Shown piece by piece: positions 37,423 to 46,336 of a stretch of DNA of 51,013 nt. The stretch's first letter is position 1; every line of letters begins with the position of its first letter. Both the position numbers and the translations under genes were made by a program. Under the pieces are notes generated by a model. The model was given only the letters and a program-made list of their open reading frames with translations. It was not told the origin of the DNA and ran no database searches. Source of the stretch: a virus (Duplodnaviria > Caudoviricetes); IMG/VR virus record IMGVR_UViG_3300045837_000026, positions 1 through 51,013 of that record; one strand, 5' to 3'.

Positions 37423-37629
37423 TTACACACGAATGCCGAGGGTCTTGGCTCGCAGCACGACATCATTATAAGCCTGCTCGGCTTTATCGTGGCGGGCGCG
37501 GGCGGCGGCAAGATCACGCTTGGAGGCTTCCAGCTCGTTGCGAGCGTGGGCCAGCTCATCGAGTACCGCGACCCGACGAAGTAAATCCATTTCTGGCTTG
37601 GGCGTGTCCATAATTTCGATGAATTCTAT
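37423..37629 (-). CDS. Small coiled-coil hypothetical protein (start uncertain)
   Basis: 3' part of ORF 37423..37683. Confidence 0.45.
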   Translation of the reverse strand: MEFIEIMDTPKPEMDLLRRVAVLDELAHARNELEASKRDLAAARARHDKAEQAYNDVVLRAKTLGIRV

Positions 37630-37659
37630 AATTCGGATTATAGCTTGTCCAGACTTGAA

Positions 37660-37940
37660 TCGTGTCCCGAGTTCGGTCCGCAAAACTAACTCAGGACACA
37701 GGTCAGGACACGGTTTAGAATCAACGACTTAGACAGGGCTGTGTCCCGATGTCCCAACAAAACGCGTTTCGCGGTTCCCCCGGCTCTGCGCTCTTATGTA
37801 ATTACTGTAATTCTCCATATTTAAGATTTCCTTAGAGCTGTTTATTTCTCTAAACTCAGGACAAGAGGACAAGTTGTTGAAAGATAAAGGAATCTAGTCA
37901 TGTCCTGAGTTAGTTTTGTGTCCTGACCTTGGGACACCAT
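37660..37940. repeat. Non-coding AT-rich region with GGACA/TGTCC iterons, long inverted repeats and IHF-like sites (origin or pac candidate)
   Basis: 18-bp inverted repeat 37681-37698/37901-37918; 12-bp inverted repeat 37700-37711/37918-37929; AATCAACGACTTA at 37719-37731. Confidence 0.7.
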
Positions 37941-38095
37941 AATTACATCGATGCATCGTGATTATAAAGGCTCACGACTGAGCGTTGCGGGCACCGCGGA
38001 GCGGCTGGGCAGATTGGCGGCTGCGCCTTGCCAGTCGAGCGCATTTCGTGTAGATTCGGCCAACGTGTATATTTCAGAGCTTGTCGAATCAAAAT

Positions 38096-38431
38096 ATGAG
38101 TAATCCGCGGGGCAACCCGAATTGGAAGCCGGGCCAATCCGGTAATCCGGGCGGCCGTCCGCGCGAGAACGATCAAATACGTGCCGTCAAGGAAATGATG
38201 CGCGCCAATGCCGCGTGGTGTTACGCGCGGATGATCGAACTCGCGCAGTCGGGAGACGAGAAGGTTGCGGCGAAGATGATAGAGCTATTGGCGGGCTACA
38301 CGTTCGGACGGCCGGCTCAGACGGTCCACATTGACGACCAGACTGCGGACCCTGCTGCTATCGCCGCCCAGGCTGCGGCGGCTACGTCGGTCGAGGAAGC
38401 GTCGGCGGCGTACTCGCAGCTATTGCAGTAG
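38096..38431 (+). CDS. terS: Terminase small subunit-like protein (DUF5681-type N-terminus)
   Basis: WKPGQSGNPGGRP motif; LL..Y.FGRP.Q motif. Confidence 0.75.
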   Translation: MSNPRGNPNWKPGQSGNPGGRPRENDQIRAVKEMMRANAAWCYARMIELAQSGDEKVAAKMIELLAGYTFGRPAQTVHIDDQTADPAAIAAQAAAATSVEEASAAYSQLLQ

Positions 38432-38434
38432 CCG

Positions 38435-38680
38435 TCAGACGGGAAACCAGCGGCGCGTACGCGGGCCGCCTGAGTGTAGGGGGCTAACCGGTCGTAGCAC
38501 CGCGCCTCGGGCCGGATATGCAGTCTTGCAGGCTTCCTTGCTGTCGAACCCGGGTAATGCGCGCGGGCTAATGTCGGCTGCTGTCATTTGACAGAACAGC
38601 TTGAGTCCCCGCGCGTGACGCACGGCGCAGGGGGTTTGGTCTTGACAGGTGCAACCAGGGGCGCGTTGTAGAGAGGCCAT
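38435..38680 (-). CDS. Hypothetical protein
   Basis: TAATG-coupled start at 38680. Confidence 0.35.
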   Translation of the reverse strand: MASLQRAPGCTCQDQTPCAVRHARGLKLFCQMTAADISPRALPGFDSKEACKTAYPARGAVLRPVSPLHSGGPRTRRWFPV

Positions 38681-38931
38681 TACCGCACCCCAATCAGGTC
38701 GATAGTCACGCGCTGGGCAGTTACGCGTTCGCCGGGTCCGATACCGAGGTACCGTCGCATCATGGCCATAGCATGGCAAGCCTTCGGATGGGTCGTTCGA
38801 GTAGTCTCGACGATCTTGAGGGTTTGCGGATCGCGAACATAGTAATAGCCCCCGTGCTCATCGTAGACGCGACCGACGTTCAGCTTATGGCGAAGGGCGA
38901 ACTGACGGACCTTGACAGGGAGGGATTGCAT
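38680..38931 (-). CDS. Hypothetical protein
   Basis: GGAG SD before ATG 38931; follows a promoter. Confidence 0.6.
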   Translation of the reverse strand: MQSLPVKVRQFALRHKLNVGRVYDEHGGYYYVRDPQTLKIVETTRTTHPKACHAMAMMRRYLGIGPGERVTAQRVTIDLIGVR

Positions 38932-38962
38932 TGCTCTGGCTCCAGCGTTTGAACGTGGAGCC

Positions 38963-39009
38963 AGTTTGCCGCAATTTGACGCTATCGTCAAATGACGTGC
39001 GTCACAGTT
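38963..39009 (-). promoter_or_regulatory. Promoter TTGACG-N17-CAAACT with palindromic box and CRP-like box
   Basis: 38975-39009 is near-identical to 21828-21862. Confidence 0.75.
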
Positions 39010-39010
39010 T

Positions 39011-39277
39011 CTACCAAACTTTCCAGTGCAGCACGCCTTGCTTGGTGGCCGTTGCTGAATTGAGCTGGAACTTGGCCAGCTCGGGATATCCGGCAGCGCG
39101 GCTGTTCAGCCAATCGGCTACGGCCGTTGCATCGCGGCTGGTGTAGTCAGCGGCGTGCGGGCGTCGTTCTGGTTCTGCCTGCGGCCCATATCCCCAATAG
39201 CGCGTTTTAACGACACTGCGCCCGTCAGGGGTGCGGTTTTCAACAATATCAGGCCACTGTACCAAAAATCGTCTCAT
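39011..39277 (-). CDS. Hypothetical protein
   Basis: AGGAG SD. Confidence 0.6.
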   Translation of the reverse strand: MRRFLVQWPDIVENRTPDGRSVVKTRYWGYGPQAEPERRPHAADYTSRDATAVADWLNSRAAGYPELAKFQLNSATATKQGVLHWKVW

Positions 39278-39285
39278 GGTGACTC

Positions 39286-39645
39286 CTATAAAAAGTCGTC
39301 AACGTTGGGGCGTGTTCTGCGCAGATCTTCGTTGACGCGTTGTATTTCCTCGCGGAATGTCTCACAGAATTCAACGGCTGTCATGCCATGAATCACAAAT
39401 AACAGGTGCCGCTGAGCGGGCGTGGCCTCCTTGACGCGTTTGAAAATTGATACATCCTCCATATGTTGTAATTGATGCATCAATTCGAGGCGCTTGCGGC
39501 GCCAATCGCTCACCTCGGTTCGACGCCACGTTGCGTTGAGTTCGACTTGGCGGCGCTCCCAGGCACTAGTTGCCATTCGCTCCCACAACGCCCGAAGTAT
39601 GCGCCTGTCCGCGTCGGTCAGGCCGGCCGGTATCCTGCGGCTCAT
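39286..39645 (-). CDS. Hypothetical protein
   Basis: GGAG SD; ATGA overlap. Confidence 0.6.
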   Translation of the reverse strand: MSRRIPAGLTDADRRILRALWERMATSAWERRQVELNATWRRTEVSDWRRKRLELMHQLQHMEDVSIFKRVKEATPAQRHLLFVIHGMTAVEFCETFREEIQRVNEDLRRTRPNVDDFL

Positions 39646-40037
39646 GATGCGCTCCCGATGAACAGGCAGTGATTTGAGACGGCGACTCGAACGTATGTTT
39701 TTTCCCGTAGTGATTCGGGATATGCGTCCGTTAGGAATTTCAGCGCAGCTCGCTTCGTCACTTCGATATGGGCCGATGCACGATAACCGCGCCGCTTGTC
39801 GTTCGCCTCGTCGATGCCGCCGATTTTGTCGTAGGCAAACTGACCGACGGCTACGTAGATGTTGTATCCGCGCACAGTGCGGACAAGTCGCTCCGCTTCG
39901 GTCGCCTCGACCAGATACGACAGAATCAGGCTAGTCGAACCTTCGTACCGGTCAACGAGCTGGCCCTCAACGGCAAGTTTGGGGTGCGTAAGGACGTTCG
40001 CGGCGTGGGGAACGAGTTCGGCTGCATTGAGTGTCAT
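39642..40037 (-). CDS. Hypothetical protein
   Basis: AAGGAG SD. Confidence 0.65.
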   Translation of the reverse strand: MTLNAAELVPHAANVLTHPKLAVEGQLVDRYEGSTSLILSYLVEATEAERLVRTVRGYNIYVAVGQFAYDKIGGIDEANDKRRGYRASAHIEVTKRAALKFLTDAYPESLREKTYVRVAVSNHCLFIGSAS

Positions 40038-40050
40038 GATGCGATGCTCC

Positions 40051-40299
40051 TTAGATGACCGTCACGAATTCCAGCGCATTGAATTGGGCATCGAGAATAA
40101 CGATCTTGCCATCGGCCGGAACGCTGGCAACCTCTCTGGCATGCTCCAGGCTTTCAGCGTGGTAAAGCATGGGGATGTGCTCTGCCTTCTCCGTATCGTC
40201 AATAAACACGAAGTACGGAGCGGGCCAGTGAGCTACGAGGGTGTGCTTGCCACCGCTACGGGTGGAAACTTCGAGCTTGAAACCGTTGGCGCTGGGCAT
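40051..40299 (-). CDS. Hypothetical protein
   Basis: GGAG SD before ATG 40299; follows a promoter. Confidence 0.6.
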   Translation of the reverse strand: MPSANGFKLEVSTRSGGKHTLVAHWPAPYFVFIDDTEKAEHIPMLYHAESLEHAREVASVPADGKIVILDAQFNALEFVTVI

Positions 40300-40326
40300 T
40301 TGAGCAACTCCGTTCGATGTGGCGCT

Positions 40327-40380
40327 ATAGTGCCGCAGTTTGACGGTACCGTCAAATTTGATTTTGTGAGCCGCGTCGCA
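40327..40380 (-). promoter_or_regulatory. Promoter TTGACG-N17-CACTAT with perfect 18-bp palindrome and CRP-like box
   Basis: TTTGACGGTACCGTCAAA at 40339-40356; TGTGA-N6-TCGCA at 40365-40380. Confidence 0.72.
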
Positions 40381-40508
40381 TATTCTTGCGCGCGGTGCCT
40401 GGGGCGGCTGTCGGCTAGACTCCACTCTGTAACCACTCGCGGGACGTACAGCCCGCGAGTGGGCCAGATTTACCATAGTTCCCATTATGGTAAGCTCCTG
40501 CGGGAACT

Positions 40509-42113
40509 ATGTACGCCGTTGACTGGAAAAACCCCGATTACCTGCCTATTTGGCAGGAGCGCGCCCGCAGGCTAGCCAAGCTGCGCGCCGACCCGCTCCT
40601 ACTCCAGCGCGTCAGGGCGTATTATCGCGATCACATCGCCGACTTCATAAACGATTGGGGCGTAACGGTTGACCCCCGTAACGTCGAGCGCGGCATACCG
40701 GCCCTCATGCCGATGATGATATTCCCGAAGCAGCGGGAGTTCATCGATTGGGTTATTAGCCGCTGGCGTGGTTCCGAATCGGGCCTGTGCGAAAAGTCGC
40801 GCGACGTAGGCGCAACGTGGCTCGCCGCTGGGATTAGCGTCGGGCTGTGCGTGTTTTGGGACAACGTTGGGATTGGTTTCGGGTCTCGTAAAGAGGAACT
40901 CGTTGACAAGATCGGCGACCCGAAGTGTATTTTCCACAAGATACGCACGTTTGTTCGCTACCTGCCCCGTGAGTTTCGAGGCGGCTGTAACCTCGACAAA
41001 CACGCGCCGCACATGCGATGCATATTCCCGGAGCGTGACTCGCACATTGCAGGCGAGGCGGGAATGGACATCGGTCGCGGCGACCGTAAATCGATCTACT
41101 TCGTTGACGAAGCGGCTCACCTCGAACATCCGGAAGCAGCCGACGCGGCACTGAGCGCGACAACTAACTGTCGCATTGACATGTCGTCGGTCAACACGAT
41201 GAATAACCCGTTTGCGCACAAACGCCACTCGGGCCGAATCAAAGTGTTTACGTTCTCCTGGCGTGACGATCCGCGTAAAGACCAAGCATGGTACGACAAG
41301 AAGTGTAGCGAGTTAGACCCGATTACCGTAGCGCAAGAAATCGACCTGAATTATCACGCTGCGGCTGAAGGCATCATCATCCCGCAGCAATGGGTGCAAG
41401 CTGCGATCGATGCACACGTCAAACTCAACATTGATGTGTCGGGCGCGCGGTTTGGATCGATGGACGTGGCCGACCGAGGCAAGGATAAAAACTCGTTCGT
41501 CGTGCGTCACGGGATACTCGTCGAGCATGCCGAGTCATGGTCGGGCCAGAATTCCGATATCTACCACTCCGTTGAAAAAGCCTTCGGCCTGTGCGACCGG
41601 TTCGGACTGAGCGACTTTCTATACGACGAAGACGGATTGGGGGCTGGCGTGCGAGGCGACGCGCGCAAAGTCAACGAAGCGCGCCAGCTCGAAAAAATGC
41701 GGTTCATTGGCGCGCATCCGTTCCGGGGCTCGGCGGCTGTACACGAGCCCGAGCAGTTCGTACCGCGCACCGATCGTAAAAATAAGGACATGTTTCAAAA
41801 TCGCAAGGCGCAGGGTTGGTATGCGCTACATGAGCGATTCCGCAACACGTTTCGCGCGATCCGCGGTGAGGATTACGACCCGGATAGCATCATTTCGCTG
41901 TCGTCCAACATCCCCGAGCTAACACGGCTCACCGTCGAGTTGAGTCAACCGGTTTGGAAAACGTCCCAGACTGGAAAGATGATGGTAGACAAGACCCCTG
42001 ACGAGGCGTTGTCGCCAAACCTTGCGGACGGCGTGTATATCGCCTTCGCACCCCGGCGCACGGCTATGGTCATCGATCCGTCACTATTGGACGGGACCGA
42101 TCCAATCGATTAG
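40509..42113 (+). CDS. terL: Terminase large subunit
   Basis: EKSRDVGATW (Walker A variant), YFVDEAAH (Walker B), DVAD.G.D nuclease motif and SPNLAD. Confidence 0.93.
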   Translation: MYAVDWKNPDYLPIWQERARRLAKLRADPLLLQRVRAYYRDHIADFINDWGVTVDPRNVERGIPALMPMMIFPKQREFIDWVISRWRGSESGLCEKSRDVGATWLAAGISVGLCVFWDNVGIGFGSRKEELVDKIGDPKCIFHKIRTFVRYLPREFRGGCNLDKHAPHMRCIFPERDSHIAGEAGMDIGRGDRKSIYFVDEAAHLEHPEAADAALSATTNCRIDMSSVNTMNNPFAHKRHSGRIKVFTFSWRDDPRKDQAWYDKKCSELDPITVAQEIDLNYHAAAEGIIIPQQWVQAAIDAHVKLNIDVSGARFGSMDVADRGKDKNSFVVRHGILVEHAESWSGQNSDIYHSVEKAFGLCDRFGLSDFLYDEDGLGAGVRGDARKVNEARQLEKMRFIGAHPFRGSAAVHEPEQFVPRTDRKNKDMFQNRKAQGWYALHERFRNTFRAIRGEDYDPDSIISLSSNIPELTRLTVELSQPVWKTSQTGKMMVDKTPDEALSPNLADGVYIAFAPRRTAMVIDPSLLDGTDPID

Positions 42114-42153
42114 ACTTATTCCGTTCCTCTACCCCAATTTACGAGCTACGTCA

Positions 42154-42393
42154 ATGCCCCTCGAAAAATCTGCATCCAAAGCCGCGTTTCGGCACAACGT
42201 GAAAGCCGAGGTTTCAGCGGGGAAGCCGCAGAAACAAGCCGTTGCGATTGCCTATTCTGAGCGTCGCGCCGCTGGCGGGAAGGACGAGCTACGCAAAGCG
42301 GTAGCGGCTGGCGCGAAGGAAGCCGAACACCAGCGCAAGGCCGAAGCGCTCATGAGCGGCCGGCACGTCAGCGGGCGCGATCGGAAGCGATGA
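42154..42393 (+). CDS. Small conserved head-region protein
   Basis: MPL.KS.SK.AF..NVK.E..AGKPQKQAVAIAYS motif. Confidence 0.7.
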   Translation: MPLEKSASKAAFRHNVKAEVSAGKPQKQAVAIAYSERRAAGGKDELRKAVAAGAKEAEHQRKAEALMSGRHVSGRDRKR

Positions 42394-42596
42394 AAACCTG
42401 CGGGCACTGCGGGACGGTCAACCTGCACCCCGACACACGACTGACCAAGCGGCCGTTGTGCAGTCAGTGCGGGAAGCCGTTGCCTGAGCATGGCAGTGTC
42501 CGCCCGGCGTACTCCGAACCAATCCCCTCAATCAACATCGAAGGCGTGTCGCTCCCTGGCGGCAACTATCGAACCAAACCGCGAGCCGTAGAATGA
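42390..42596 (+). CDS. Zinc-ribbon protein
   Basis: CGHCGTVN...CSQCGKPL; ATGA overlaps on both sides. Confidence 0.6.
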   Translation: MKTCGHCGTVNLHPDTRLTKRPLCSQCGKPLPEHGSVRPAYSEPIPSINIEGVSLPGGNYRTKPRAVE

Positions 42597-44236
42597 ACTT
42601 CCTGAGACGTTTGTTTGGCATGGATTCCCCGGCCGTGATGCGTGTTGACGAGCGCGCTGCGCCCGGCCCGCTGTCGATGAAAGTTGACCCCGGCTTGCTC
42701 TCGATGCTCGACCAGAAGGCCGACAAGCTCGCCAACTATGGCGACTTGCCTGTCATCTCACGTCGGCTTGAACGGTACACGCCGCCGCCCGGTGTGGCGC
42801 CCCAAGGCTATGCGCCTCAGCTCGCAATGGACGACGCGACGAACGCGGCATTGTGGGAGTACGCGAACCAAACGTATTGCGGTGTTGGTTTTCCAGGGTA
42901 TGCATATCTCTCGCAGCTTACTACCGTCAGCGAATATCGCGCGCCGTCTGAGACGATCGCCAGCGAAATGACGCGCAAGTTCATCGAGTTGAAAGTTGCT
43001 GGCAAAGCGAAGAAGGACGCCAAAGACTCGGAAGACAAAATACAGAAGCTCAACGAGGCAATGGAACTGTTTGGCGTGCAAGAATCGTTCTATCGCATTG
43101 CCGAACAAGACGGCTTTTTTGGGCGTTCGCAACTCTTTATCGACATCGATCACGATGGCCGCGACGAGAACGACGCGCGCAAGCTCCCGCTCGTCATCAG
43201 TCGGGAAACGATCAAAAAGGGCTCGTTGCAAAAGCTCAAAGTGATAGAGCCCATATGGACAACGCCCGCGTCGTATGATGCGAGCGACCCAACTTCAACC
43301 CACTTCTTTCGGCCGAAAGCATGGTACGTGCAGGGCCGAGAGATTCACCACTCGCGGTTGCTGACGTTCGTTTCGCGCGAAGTACCCGACTTGCTCAAGC
43401 CGGCGTTTAACTTCGGCGGAATGTCAATGTCACAGCTCATGGAGCCATACATTAGGCAATGGCTGCGCACGCGTAATAGCGTGAGCGACCTTATTCACAA
43501 CTTCAGTATTATATTGCTGAAAACCAACATGTCGGCGGCGTTGGGTTACGGGGGCGGCTCCCCGACCGGCCCGCAAGGGGTGTTCGATCGCATACGGCTG
43601 TTCCTTAAGACCCGTGACAATCAGGGGATTATGACCCTTGATAAAGACACGGAAGAAATGGACCAAATAGCCGTGCCGCTGTCTGGGCTCGACGCGTTGC
43701 AAGCTCAGGCACAAGAGCATATGGCGAGTCCGAGTCATATTCCGCTCGTCAAATTGTTGGGCATCACGCCAACGGGGCTCAACGCGTCGAGTGAGGGCGA
43801 AATCCGAGTATTCTACGATTTCGTACACGCGATGCAGTCGCATTTGTTCCGCAAGCATTTGCGCACCGTATTGCAAGTGTTGCAGCTCCATTTGTTCGGT
43901 GAGATTGACGACGCCATTACGTTCGAGTTCGTGCCGTTGATGGAACTCGACGGCGAAGCGCTGGCCCGCAACCGCAAGAGTGATGCGGAAGCGGGGGCGA
44001 CTTACATTGCGTCGGGCGTTATCGATGCCGCCGAGGAACGCGAGCGGCTACGCGCCGATCCGAACAGCGGCTATAACAACCTCGACGGGCCGCCCCCGGA
44101 ACTCAGCCCCGATGAGGCGGCGGCCGAGGCGGATCGCATGCACCAATCGAGCGAGGCAGACAAGGCACGGGAGCACACCTCGCAGGAAGCAGCGAAGAAT
44201 CGCGAGGTTCCTTCGGGAACTAAAAAGCCGAGTTGA
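42593..44236 (+). CDS. Portal protein (DUF1073-type)
   Basis: F.GY..L..L, EMTRK, IH.SRL, F.G.S..QL, LSGLD.L..QAQE and IPLVKLLGITP.GLNASSEGE motifs. Confidence 0.92.
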   Translation: MNFLRRLFGMDSPAVMRVDERAAPGPLSMKVDPGLLSMLDQKADKLANYGDLPVISRRLERYTPPPGVAPQGYAPQLAMDDATNAALWEYANQTYCGVGFPGYAYLSQLTTVSEYRAPSETIASEMTRKFIELKVAGKAKKDAKDSEDKIQKLNEAMELFGVQESFYRIAEQDGFFGRSQLFIDIDHDGRDENDARKLPLVISRETIKKGSLQKLKVIEPIWTTPASYDASDPTSTHFFRPKAWYVQGREIHHSRLLTFVSREVPDLLKPAFNFGGMSMSQLMEPYIRQWLRTRNSVSDLIHNFSIILLKTNMSAALGYGGGSPTGPQGVFDRIRLFLKTRDNQGIMTLDKDTEEMDQIAVPLSGLDALQAQAQEHMASPSHIPLVKLLGITPTGLNASSEGEIRVFYDFVHAMQSHLFRKHLRTVLQVLQLHLFGEIDDAITFEFVPLMELDGEALARNRKSDAEAGATYIASGVIDAAEERERLRADPNSGYNNLDGPPPELSPDEAAAEADRMHQSSEADKAREHTSQEAAKNREVPSGTKKPS

Positions 44237-44373
44237 CGGCTACGGCAAAGCTGCGGTAACGTGGCGGCGCATTCAGACTTTGGGGGCCGTATGGGATGGG
44301 TGATAGCTGCCGCGTTCATTTTGGGAATTGTCATCGGCTTTCTCATCGCCGATAACGCGCCGGGTCCGTTCTG

Positions 44374-44631
44374 ATGGCTCATTGGTTTGCGGTTTTCGGC
44401 GCCTCGTTCCTATACGTGATGTTGCGGGCTTTTCAGCAGCGGAACGTGTCGTACGACAACTACGCCTGGATTGTCCCCACATCGTACAGTATGGCCATTG
44501 TTGACACGCTCGTCATGTCATGGGTTGCCAAGACAGGCTGGTCAACTCCCTTCGTGTTTATTTTTGGTACCGGCTCCGCGCTAGGTTGTATAGCCGCAAT
44601 GCAATTTCATAAACGCTACGTCAAGAGATAA
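44374..44631 (+). CDS. Small three-helix membrane protein
   Basis: Hydrophobic segments; F.YV.LRAFQQRNV and G.G...G...AM..H motifs. Confidence 0.7.
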   Translation: MAHWFAVFGASFLYVMLRAFQQRNVSYDNYAWIVPTSYSMAIVDTLVMSWVAKTGWSTPFVFIFGTGSALGCIAAMQFHKRYVKR

Positions 44632-44637
44632 CCGCAC

Positions 44638-44868
44638 ATGAACGTTCCTGCTATTGTTGTTGAGATTGTCGAAATCGGCCCCACTCCCGAAGAGAAGCGT
44701 CATCTTGCTGAACTCGCAGCGCGTGTTGCAGGCGGCATGATGGCGGATGCACAGCAGCTTCTCAGCCTGGGCGTGCTGTCCGAGGCGGGCGCGGTTGCGG
44801 GAGTGGCCGACGTGTCGGTATCTGTGGCGTTGGAAATCATCCGTAACATTGAGGGCCGGTTCCCATGA
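44638..44868 (+). CDS. Hypothetical protein
   Basis: ORF within the coupled string. Confidence 0.55.
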   Translation: MNVPAIVVEIVEIGPTPEEKRHLAELAARVAGGMMADAQQLLSLGVLSEAGAVAGVADVSVSVALEIIRNIEGRFP

Positions 44869-45035
44869 GCGACGCACAGACTCTTGCCGAGATTCAGCAG
44901 CGTATCGCGCGGTTGCCCGATCCGCAGCGCCAAGCCGTCGAAACGTGGGCGAAGTCATTTCGCGAAGCGACCAAACGAGACCCGAACGCGCTTTTGGCGT
45001 TTGCATTGGTCGGAGCGGAACTGTCCGCGTCGTGA
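44865..45035 (+). CDS. Small hypothetical protein (56 aa)
   Basis: ATGA and GTGA overlaps; MSDAQTLAEIQQRIARLPD... Confidence 0.55.
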   Translation: MSDAQTLAEIQQRIARLPDPQRQAVETWAKSFREATKRDPNALLAFALVGAELSAS

Positions 45036-45832
45036 AACTCCGCGCTCTTCAACCGACAACGCTCGACCCCGTACAGCCTAACATCGGGGTCGAGCGTTGG
45101 TATTACGCGCAGTTATCGCGCGAGCTTGAAACCATGTTCGCCGATGTGCTCGGCGATGTGTCGGTTGCGTGGCTCGAAACGCCCCCTATTCTCGCAGGCG
45201 ATGCCAGCCTATCGTTGACATTGCGCCGTCGTTTGGGCGCTTGGGGCGTGCGTTGGGTTAAGCGGTTTGATCGCATGTCGGAAGATATTGCCCGACAGTT
45301 TGTAACAAAGAGTTTCCAAGCGGCGCAAGTGTCGATGCAGGCGTCGCTAAAAAAGGCCGGATTCACGGTTGCGTTCAAACCAACAACTAAGAGTGTAGAA
45401 GCCTTTCGGGCGGCGCTCAGTGAAAACGTTAACCTGATCCGTTCTATTCCACAGCAGTTTTTGAAGGATGTCGAAACGCACGTTTGGCGCGGCGTAACGC
45501 AAGGCTCGAAGCTCGGCGAGGTGTCGCGCAAGCTGCGAGAATCCTACAACGTGAGCGTTAAGCGCGCGGCGCTCATTGCTCGCGACCAGAACGCGAAGGC
45601 GAAAGCTTCAATAGAGTCGGCACGGCGTTTAGAGCTTGGCGTCACGAAGGCGATTTGGCAGCATTCCCACGGGGGCAAAGAGCCCCGCCCGTCACACGTG
45701 GCGATGAACGGTAAAGTGTTCGACATCGCCAAAGGCATGTGGGATGCAGACGAAGGGGAATACGTATGGCCCGGAACGTTAATAAACTGCCGTTGCACAA
45801 GCCGCGCCGTCATACCCGGATTCAACGACTGA
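45032..45832 (+). CDS. Head morphogenesis protein (Mu gpF/SPP1 gp7-like)
   Basis: ENVNLIRSIP, RA.LIARDQ..K, W.HS, PR.SH and PG.LINCRC motifs; GTG start inferred from coupling. Confidence 0.88.
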   Translation: MKLRALQPTTLDPVQPNIGVERWYYAQLSRELETMFADVLGDVSVAWLETPPILAGDASLSLTLRRRLGAWGVRWVKRFDRMSEDIARQFVTKSFQAAQVSMQASLKKAGFTVAFKPTTKSVEAFRAALSENVNLIRSIPQQFLKDVETHVWRGVTQGSKLGEVSRKLRESYNVSVKRAALIARDQNAKAKASIESARRLELGVTKAIWQHSHGGKEPRPSHVAMNGKVFDIAKGMWDADEGEYVWPGTLINCRCTSRAVIPGFND

Positions 45833-46071
45833 AAAAACCTACCGTCACGAGTATCCGCCAACTTTACAACACGACTTGGGTCGCCGTCGGCGAATACGAG
45901 TACGACGTATGCTGCGGTTGTGGGCTGACACATCGGGTCCGCTACCGTTGGAATAGTCAGAAGCAATGTCTTGAGGAACGTTGGACCGTCGTTAAACCGT
46001 TAGAGGTTGTTTCAAATGGGAAGCGCAAAGACAGCTCGAAGCCTGGACACATTCCGCGCCGCGTACGATAA
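45828..46071 (+). CDS. Hypothetical protein with CC.CGL.H motif (start uncertain)
   Basis: 3' part of ORF 45739..46071 fills the gap after the head morphogenesis gene. Confidence 0.45.
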
Positions 46072-46333
46072 AGGCGTCATTGTACCGAACAAGATACGGG
46101 CAGCACTAGAGAAACTGGAGAAGGACGAAGGCCCGACCGCATGGCGCCACGATAACGAAATCCGCGAACTCGCCGGTATCAGCACAACGGAACTCGCTGA
46201 GTTTCGCGACCGGTTTCAAGACAACATCGTTGTCACGGCCGGAGGCAAGGGGAAAAATGTTTGGTTCGCCACGGTGAAGGCAGCGAAGGAAGCCGCCAAA
46301 ATACCGGGCATGAAATCGATGAAAGAGGTTTGA
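46016..46333 (+). CDS. Hypothetical protein
   Basis: GAGG SD before ATG 46016. Confidence 0.7.
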   Translation: MGSAKTARSLDTFRAAYDKGVIVPNKIRAALEKLEKDEGPTAWRHDNEIRELAGISTTELAEFRDRFQDNIVVTAGGKGKNVWFATVKAAKEAAKIPGMKSMKEV

Positions 46334-46336
46334 TTC

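Noticed and set aside
38432-38620. Structured ncRNA downstream of terS
   Set aside because: Only short hairpins are visible, no recognisable family, and a plausible minus-strand ORF covers it; an Infernal/Rfam search would be needed.
42593-44236. Anti-CBASS Acb1 activity (label often attached to DUF1073 portals)
   Set aside because: Only the portal domain is seen; no appended 2H phosphoesterase with paired HxT motifs.
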